A DNA stretch of 64,000 nt from Octopus vulgaris (taxonomy: Eukaryota). The notes under the pieces were generated by a model that did no database searches, was not told the origin of the DNA, and worked only from the letters and a program-made list of their open reading frames with translations. The stretch is from contig OX597833.1 in NCBI GenBank assembly GCA_951406725.2, positions 54,374,001 through 54,438,000 of the forward strand. The letters run 5' to 3'. The stretch's first letter is position 1. Every line of letters begins with the position of its first letter. Below are positions 56,718 through 64,000 of this stretch, one piece after another. The translations under genes were made by a program, and so were the position numbers.

Positions 56718-57228
56718 CCATAAATCCTTGAGTATAATCCACATTTTTTCCCCAAAATTTAAAGGTCAAAATCCCTAGTGCATACTATATACGAGATTAA
56801 AAATGAAAAATATTTTCTAAGCAATGTCAGAGTCTCTATTTGCTGTCTGGCAATGTTTATTCAGATGCATTTTGTGATATCAGGCGCGAAAATACATTAA
56901 GCTAAGCCTGAAAGCAATGAAGTCATAAAAGAATCATCCATAACTTGCAGTAAACAACATTTATTGAAATAAAAGTATTCACAACACAGAATAATAAGTA
57001 ACAAAAACAATTTGCAAACATATTTACATTCCCATATAACAGTTAAGAACATCACCATTATTGTATTGCACATGCATGGATGTGTTTGTTCGACCAGGTG
57101 CTGCTGGCTTAATTAGTTAGAGAAGGAGTGCATATTATACACAAGGTTTAGGTTTTTTCAGAAGTACAGCCCCCTAAAAATCCCCTGCATATTATACTCA
57201 AGGGTGGACTATACTCGAAGATTTACAG
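56718..57228. mobile_element. pogo/Tigger-like MITE
   Basis: TA|CCATAAATCCTTGAGTATAATCCAC...GTGGACTATACTCGAAGATTTACAG|TA. Confidence 0.8.
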
Positions 57229-57434
57229 TACTAACAATTATTCCTAGGATTTCTTTTGCTTTCTTTCTCCGCTCTAAGAAGGAATTTCCAATTATTTGAG
57301 AAACTTCTAATTATTTTTTTTTTGTATGTCATTCAGCCTCTCATCTCCTTCATATATCTCTATTTTTGTATTGTTATTTTGATGTAGGTAAATGTCTCTC
57401 AGTGCTTGTGTTTGCGTTTCTGTGCATGTGTTGT

Positions 57435-57495
<61 letters not shown>

Positions 57496-57496
57496 C

Positions 57497-57652
57497 TCAA
57501 AATAAGCAACAAGAATGACTCCGGTAATTTGGTACGATCGTTTCGTACTACATCATTTTATTAAATGCTGTAAGTATTACAACAGTTTTAAAATGATGTA
57601 GTATGAAACGATCGTACCAAATTACCGGAGTCATTCTTGTTGCTTAATTTGA
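57497..57652. repeat. 64-bp-arm inverted repeat carrying HHR 3' halves
   Basis: 57497-57560 mirrors 57589-57652. Each arm has GAAA-CGATCG-TA^CCAA. Confidence 0.9.
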
Positions 57653-57752
57653 TTATAATCACCCCAAGGATTTTTATGGATAGCACCATACAGAATTCTG
57701 GTGCATCTAAATTAAGTACCATATTCATTTGAATCTAAATTTTTGCTGAACT

Positions 57753-57802
<50 letters not shown>

Positions 57803-59089
57803 TATCTTTGTGTGTGTTTGCATTTGTTCTGTGTTTCAGTTGCTATTGTATAAATTCGCTTCTGTGTGATTTCTTTTCATTATATAATTGTCGACATTTT
57901 TGCACCAATGCAACTTCAGCTTGAAACGTCTCTAAGAACTCATTATATGGACATATGTGTGTTGGTGAATGTGCACCTTTGTGTGTATGTGTGTGTGCGT
58001 GTGTGTGTGTGAGCATCCATTTTGATATTTGAATAAATGTTTATGTGTGTATGTGCATGTATATCTATCTTTCTATCTCTATCTATCTGTCTGTCTGTCT
58101 GTCTCTTTGTCTGTCTTTCTGTCTGTCTGTCTGCTTATCTCTCTCTATATATATATATAGATGTGTGTGTGTATATGTGTGTATGTGTGTGTAGACAGAT
58201 AGACAGATAGACAGACATACACATACACTCATGTGATTGCATATATGCATGTATCTTTACATCTTAGAATATGGATGTATGGATATGTATGTGTATGTGT
58301 GTGTGTGTGTGTGTGTGTGCATACACCTATGAATGTGTGTATTTATGTATATATGCGTATATGTGTGTATATATGTACTTACGTATATTTACATATATGA
58401 ATGCATTTTATCTGCAAAACTGCACTAACTGAGGGGAAAAAACAAAAAAAAAATTGACAGAGGTGCCCCAACATAGGATTGATACAAGAACCATGCGATT
58501 GCAAAGCAGCCTACTTAACCACACAGCTATACTCATGCTTGTTACATAAGTACATGTATGAATGTGTGCATGTGTGTGTGCTGCACATATGTGTATGTTT
58601 GTGTTTCTCTGTGCATGTCTATGCATGAGATCTATACTGTTTATTTATGCATGCATGTATGTTAAATCACCATTTATTTCTGTCTCTTGTATATGTCTTT
58701 ATCTATTGTATACATAAACTAAATACCTGCAGATTCTGGATTCTTAATTGTGCAATTAGGCTGCATCAGGCAACCAAATTTCTTCTTTAAAGGCACCAGT
58801 TACCAATATTGACAGTCATCAAGAACTCTAATAAGAAAGAAACTGAAATTAAATGCAATAAAATCTGACCAGTTTCTGGTAGATATTCAAACAGCCTATC
58901 ATCATCATTATTATGGATGCGGAAGCCCATCATTGTGTTTATTTCCAATTCTGTTGCACATGTGCTCAGTCTCACAATTTCGGGAAACATTTGCAAATTT
59001 GCAAAAACATGTAAATTCGTGCTACTCATACGGTTTACATTAATATACATACATGTTAGAGATGATGTCATTTGTGCATGTGTCGTTAG

Positions 59090-59134
<45 letters not shown>

Positions 59135-59168
59135 GCATATATCTTTATATAAACATATATATGTGTGT

Positions 59169-59206
<38 letters not shown>

Positions 59207-59250
59207 TTACATGGCCACCGCCTCAGGGATAAAACATACAAAAGAATATT

Positions 59251-59281
<31 letters not shown>

Positions 59282-59362
59282 GTATATATATATATGTATA
59301 TATATGTATATATATCTATGTATATATATATATATATATATACACATATATATGTATATGTG

Positions 59363-59402
<40 letters not shown>

Positions 59403-59641
59403 CACATACACATATATACACACATATACTATGTATATAAAATGATAGAGATGGAAAATGGAATATATGAAAAACATTATAGCTCACAACAATGCTGCAT
59501 CGGTCCCTTGTGGGTGAGATACTGTACAACTAGCTGTGGTGCTTTCCTTGGTGATAGAGTGTTTCATCAGATGATTTTACAAGGGGTATTCACTAGCTAA
59601 CTACAAGCTACATACCCAATGCTTAAATAATTCCTTATATA

Positions 59642-59680
<39 letters not shown>

Positions 59681-59682
<2 letters not shown>

Positions 59683-60070
59683 TAGCAGTATCGTCCGGCG
59701 TTGCTCAGGTTTATTTCGACCCTTAAGAATTGGAATTTTTGAAAAGTAAAATTTTGCATTATGTAGCTTGTTACTCTCTTTAAGTGAACATTTTTCTGGT
59801 TGAAATACACTGAAAAATGGTGACACGGCAGTCAAAAAATTGTAAAAAATAGGGATTTTCATAGAAAAAAAAGCACCTTTTTTAGGTAAATAATTTTTGG
59901 TGTTAACATGGTCCGATTTGAATTTTTTCTTCTACGGAAGGAAGAGTAAGCCTTCTTCTATCATACTCTCAATTTTGGTCAACTTGCGCTGCAGCGTCTC
60001 GGAGAAGATAATGTTAGTTGAAGGCTACCAAACATGCCATACACAGACAACTTCAGCTTTATATATATAT
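59681..60070 (-). mobile_element. Non-autonomous Helitron H1
   Basis: Matches 8702-9085, with CTAG terminus and hairpin CCGGCGTTGCTCAGG. Confidence 0.88.
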
Positions 60071-60076
60071 ATATAA

Positions 60077-60670
60077 TGAAACCTTTTGGATTAACTGGTG
60101 CTAGAGTGAGCAATATAGTGACCACTCTCTTATATTTATTTTGTAAAAATATTATAATATGTTATAAAATATTATAATAATCCAGGTTTCTCGTAGCACT
60201 AGGCCACTTGGTGTTGAATAAATATACTATTAAATTAGTATCTAATTCTCTCACCCTTATTAATTAATTATAATTATGCTGCATTTATTTCTAAATGCTG
60301 TATTTGTTTTCCGTGAGAGTTTGGCGCGCTGTTGGTTGGGGCATTTGAATTATAACGTCCGATGTAATCAATTGAACCACACGCGTATTTATCGTTATGG
60401 TAAAATCTGGCGTGTGATTGAGTGGATTTCATCCAGATAGTCTTGGCTGACGAGCTACAAATGGATTTTTTGTAAGTAAAATTACATTTAATTCATTAAT
60501 AGCGAAACAATTGTCCCAAAATAATCTGTATTTTTGTTATTTTTTATTTGCCCTGTCCGTGTGAGCTAACAATCGTACTGACTTTCATGGGAAACATGTA
60601 TTTTCGTGGTTGAAACCTTTTGGATTAACTGGTGCTAGAGTGAGCAATATAGTGACCACTCTCTTATATT

Positions 60671-60676
<6 letters not shown>
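60077..60676 (+). mobile_element. 534-bp hammerhead-bearing unit with 66-bp terminal direct repeat in (TA)n
   Basis: 60077-60142 is identical to 60611-60676, with an HHR at 60443-60519. Confidence 0.88.
60443..60519 (+). ncRNA. Type I hammerhead ribozyme, intact core
   Basis: TTGG-CTGACGA-GCTA(42-nt loop)TAGC-GAAA-CAATTGTC^CCAA. Palindromic stem III ACAATTGT. Confidence 0.88.
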
Positions 60677-60708
<32 letters not shown>

Positions 60709-60711
60709 CTA

Positions 60712-61098
60712 TGCATATTGGCGGCTCCAGCTCGTATCCAAGCATTGGCTTCATAAGTTTCTATCTAGTTTCCTCATCTGATGTCTATGGCGAATGTGAC
60801 TTTGGAGTCCAAGTCAGTGGTGTAAGAGTCGTGGGCAGAATTTGCACAGGATGGTCTGTGCAGGTCGGGGATGTTGAAGATGGTCCTTTCTTCTCCTGTG
60901 TTTTACCTCCTCATTCTGTTGTCTGTTTTGCTCGAAGAAGCTGGCTCCATTGCAAATAGCAACCCTCCAGGCTGTCCAATCCACGGCAGTCTGTTCCCAT
61001 GAAGATGGCTGAATGTTAGTTTGAGCCAGGGTCCATTTGAGCTGGTCTTTAAAACAGAATTTTGGACCTCCACTGGGTCTTGTTCCGATTGCAAGTTC
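60712..61098 (-). pseudogene. 5'-truncated RTE (BovB-like) LINE, ORF C-terminus
   Basis: ELAIGTRPSGGPKFCFKDQLK..WEQTAVDWTAWR..G..FE..RRRK..CKFCPR..*LGLQSHIR, a terminal C2H2-like motif with one stop. Confidence 0.85.
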
Positions 61099-61744
61099 TC
61101 TGTAAAATTGTAAATGTGCAAATAGGTTGTTCTTTTATATAAGACATATATATATGAAAATAGAAATATTACATTTCTAAATCTCTCAGAGAGTGCTATG
61201 CAGTAAAATCATAATAAAGTGATGGCTTGTTGCCGACTTAATGTGGCTGTCCCAGGACACAAAACACTTGCGTTGTGTAGAAACAGTGTTTCTTGGAGCT
61301 AAGTAATAGTAAGACTCTTCCCTTTTCTGGGACTGCCACATTAAGTTGGCAACAAACCGTTGTTTTATATACACACATATACATATATAACATTGGGATA
61401 GTCTAACTTAACATGTTTTTCTGATTTGTAAGTATTGTTTGTTCATGCAAAACATGAATTTGAAAGACACCTTCAGGAAAGAAAAAAATTACACTATTAC
61501 TGTTGTTTATAAAATAATACTCATTTCTATAACATTGGATTTTTTTTTCTAATTTGTAAATATTGTACTAATGTTTTTTCATGCAAAAATATGAAATTAA
61601 AAAAAACCTGGCTTTATTTTTCAATGCAAACCATTGAAATTACATAGTTTAGACCTAGACATATTTCCAAACACATGAAATCACAGGCACACATATACAC
61701 ACGTGCACATACACACACACACACATGTATCTTCTTCTTCTTCT

Positions 61745-62133
61745 TCTTACTTGTTTCAGTCATTTGACTGCGGCCATGCTGGAGCACCGCCTTTAATCGA
61801 GCAACTCGATCCCGGGACTTATTCTTTTGTAAGCCCAGTCTATCGGTCTCTTTTGCCGAACCGCTAAGTCACGAGGACATAAACACACCAGCATCAGTTG
61901 TCATGCAATGCTAGGGGGACAAACACACAAACACAAACACACACACACATATATATATATACATATATACGACAGGCTTCTTTCAGTTTCCTTCTACCAA
62001 ATCCACTCACAAGGCTTTGGTCAGCCCGAGGGTATAGTAAAAGACACTTGCCCAAGGTGCCACGCAGTGGGACTGAACGCGGAACCATGTGGTTGGTAAA
62101 CAAGCTACTTACCACACAGCCACTCCTATGCCT
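61745..62133 (-). mobile_element. SINE family A, full length
   Basis: Matches 50625-51037. Confidence 0.9.
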
Positions 62134-62389
62134 ATATATACATACATGTATATATATTTAAATTTTCATAGAACGTCTTATCTTCCTTCTGACACCCTAA
62201 GAAAAAGGAAAAAGAACCCATCCTTCTTTCATTATTTCCCCATCCTAGAACTGACATCTTGGAGAGGTCACCATCCTTGAACCCATGTCAATACAATGGT
62301 ACATTAATAAATAAATAAATGAATGGAGAATACATGTCAAATTGAAGGGGGTCCTTCCCTCCTCCCTCACTATCTGTCTGTCTATATAT

Positions 62390-62473
<84 letters not shown>

Positions 62474-62486
62474 ATCTATCTATCTA

Positions 62487-62535
<49 letters not shown>

Positions 62536-62554
62536 ATCTTTCTATCTATATATA

Positions 62555-62587
<33 letters not shown>

Positions 62588-62589
62588 CC

Positions 62590-62636
<47 letters not shown>

Positions 62637-62894
62637 CATCTATCTATCTCCATTGTCCTAGAACATCACCCAAAAAAACAAAAAACAAAAACAATGTTCT
62701 CTTCTAAACAAAATTTTAAAAACAACATCTGTTTTATATAAATGGACAACCTGTTTGCACATTCACAATTTTATTTGACAAGTTCTAAAAACCAATGAAA
62801 GCACTAATGATAATGAATAAATAAAACCTTTTTCCAAAATTCTGGTGACCTCCTTTTATCTCAATATACAATATCTGTACACCACTTCTCACAC

Positions 62895-62946
<52 letters not shown>

Positions 62947-62954
62947 CATATATG

Positions 62955-62990
<36 letters not shown>

Positions 62991-62999
62991 TGTATATAT

Positions 63000-63142
63000 A
63001 ATTAATTAATAAGGGTGAGAGAATTAGATACTAATTTAATAGTATATTTATTCCACACCAAGTGGCCTAGTGCTACGAGAAACCTGGATTATTATAATAT
63101 TTTATAACATATTATAATATAGTGACCACTCTCTTATATTTA
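63000..63142. mobile_element. Inverted/direct fragment of the 534-bp HHR unit
   Basis: 63000-63120 is the reverse complement of about 60149-60269, joined to a forward copy of 60112-60139. Confidence 0.85.
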
Positions 63143-63205
<63 letters not shown>

Positions 63206-63387
63206 GTATATATATATATATGTATATATATGTATATATATATGTATATATAAGAAAATAGTAAAGTGTGAAAAAACGACAGAAGGCTTAAATGTTAAAA
63301 AATATATATATTTGTGTCAAAATGTCTGGAGAATATTGGAAAAATTTTTTTCCCTTTCCTTAAAATGACATAATTTTAAAATTTTTA

Positions 63388-63427
63388 AAGAAATTACCGG
63401 TTTCGCGTGTAGCTTTTCAAATTTCTT
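63388..63427 (-). ncRNA. Minimal hammerhead ribozyme with U3-A8 covariation
   Basis: Minus strand: AAGAAAT-TTGAAAA-GC(TACAC)GC-GAAA-CCGGTA^ATTTCTT. 7-bp stem I, palindromic stem III ACCGGT. Confidence 0.75.
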
Positions 63428-63563
63428 GTGACGTTATGTTTATATTGCATGGAATTATCGTTGTTTTTATTTCCAGGAGATTTCTAAATAAGGGGAGGTA
63501 GTGAGTGATTTTTTCCGGTGTAGGGGAGATAATCGCTTAAAAATTTTTTTTCCCTTTTCCTTG

Positions 63564-64000
63564 TTAATTTCTCTGTGTCAGTATGTTCGGATGGTTGAGT
63601 CTGGGTTTGTACTTTTCAATGAAGAATGTTTCCTTGTTCAGTCTCATTTGTGTTGATGATCCGAAAGCACATTGGTAAAATGGGAAGATTAAAAATTGTG
63701 GCAGTAGTTGCTTTGCGCATTTCTCAATGTGCTCACTAAAAGGTATCATTCTATATTCTGGGAATGCAATCTGTTGTCGATGCAGTGTGCATCTGCGCCT
63801 GAGTGATAGTCCCGTGGAACCCACGTAGTCTTGGTGGCAGCCCGAGCATTTAATAACATAAATTATGTTTTCAGAGGCACAAGTAAAGTTAGATTTGATC
63901 TTAAATTTCTGTCCCTCTTTAAAGAAGAATTCTGATCCTTCCAATAGGTTAGGACATGTTGCACAGTTCGATCTACCACATTTTTTTACTTTTGCATCCG
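63564..64000 (-). CDS. Penelope-like retroelement ORF C-terminus: Cys-rich linker plus GIY-YIG endonuclease (Neptune-like), truncated by the window edge
   Basis: The frame is open from the edge: KKCGRSNCATCP..FTCASENIIYVIKCSGCHQDYVGST..LRRRCTLHRQQI..SEH..RLNKETFFIEKYKPRLN. An HHR-bearing UTR and (TA)n follow. Confidence 0.9.
   Translation of the reverse strand, partial: DAKVKKCGRSNCATCPNLLEGSEFFFKEGQKFKIKSNFTCASENIIYVIKCSGCHQDYVGSTGLSLRRRCTLHRQQIAFPEYRMIPFSEHIEKCAKQLLPQFLIFPFYQCAFGSSTQMRLNKETFFIEKYKPRLNHPNILTQRN

Noticed and set aside
58787-59071. 94-aa non-repetitive ORF
   Set aside because: No recognisable motif or exon boundaries, and consistent with chance.
60903-61121. Host exon suggested by a TTTTACAG acceptor and a 72-aa ORF
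   Set aside because: A different frame of the same DNA gives a clear RTE LINE C-terminus.

Overview
AT-rich, microsatellite-saturated eukaryotic non-coding DNA with no recognisable intact host gene. The SINE families and the (TA)n/(CA)n/(ATC)n/(AAT)n load look like a coleoid cephalopod, probably Octopus; this is an inference from repeat content. Nearly all ORFs in the track are microsatellite artefacts. Real coding remnants are all from transposons: the 3' end of a Penelope-like element (Zn-linker plus GIY-YIG endonuclease) running off the right edge, Tc1/mariner fragments (Tc1-type, mariner, DD41D), two RTE LINE 3' ends and a decayed R4/Dong-like RT. There are also non-autonomous Helitrons, MITEs and at least five tRNA-derived SINE families. 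The most interesting signal is about a dozen whole or partial minimal type I hammerhead ribozyme (HHR) motifs in at least six unrelated small elements. These include a tRNA-headed SINE with an HHR tail and 455- and 534-bp retrozyme-like units with terminal direct repeats, one starting at its own cleavage site. They also include a multicopy family with a shared A6U core change and a U3-A8 covariant HHR behind the GIY-YIG ORF. Most of these sit in (TA)n tracts. Element boundaries were read by eye and may be off by several bases.
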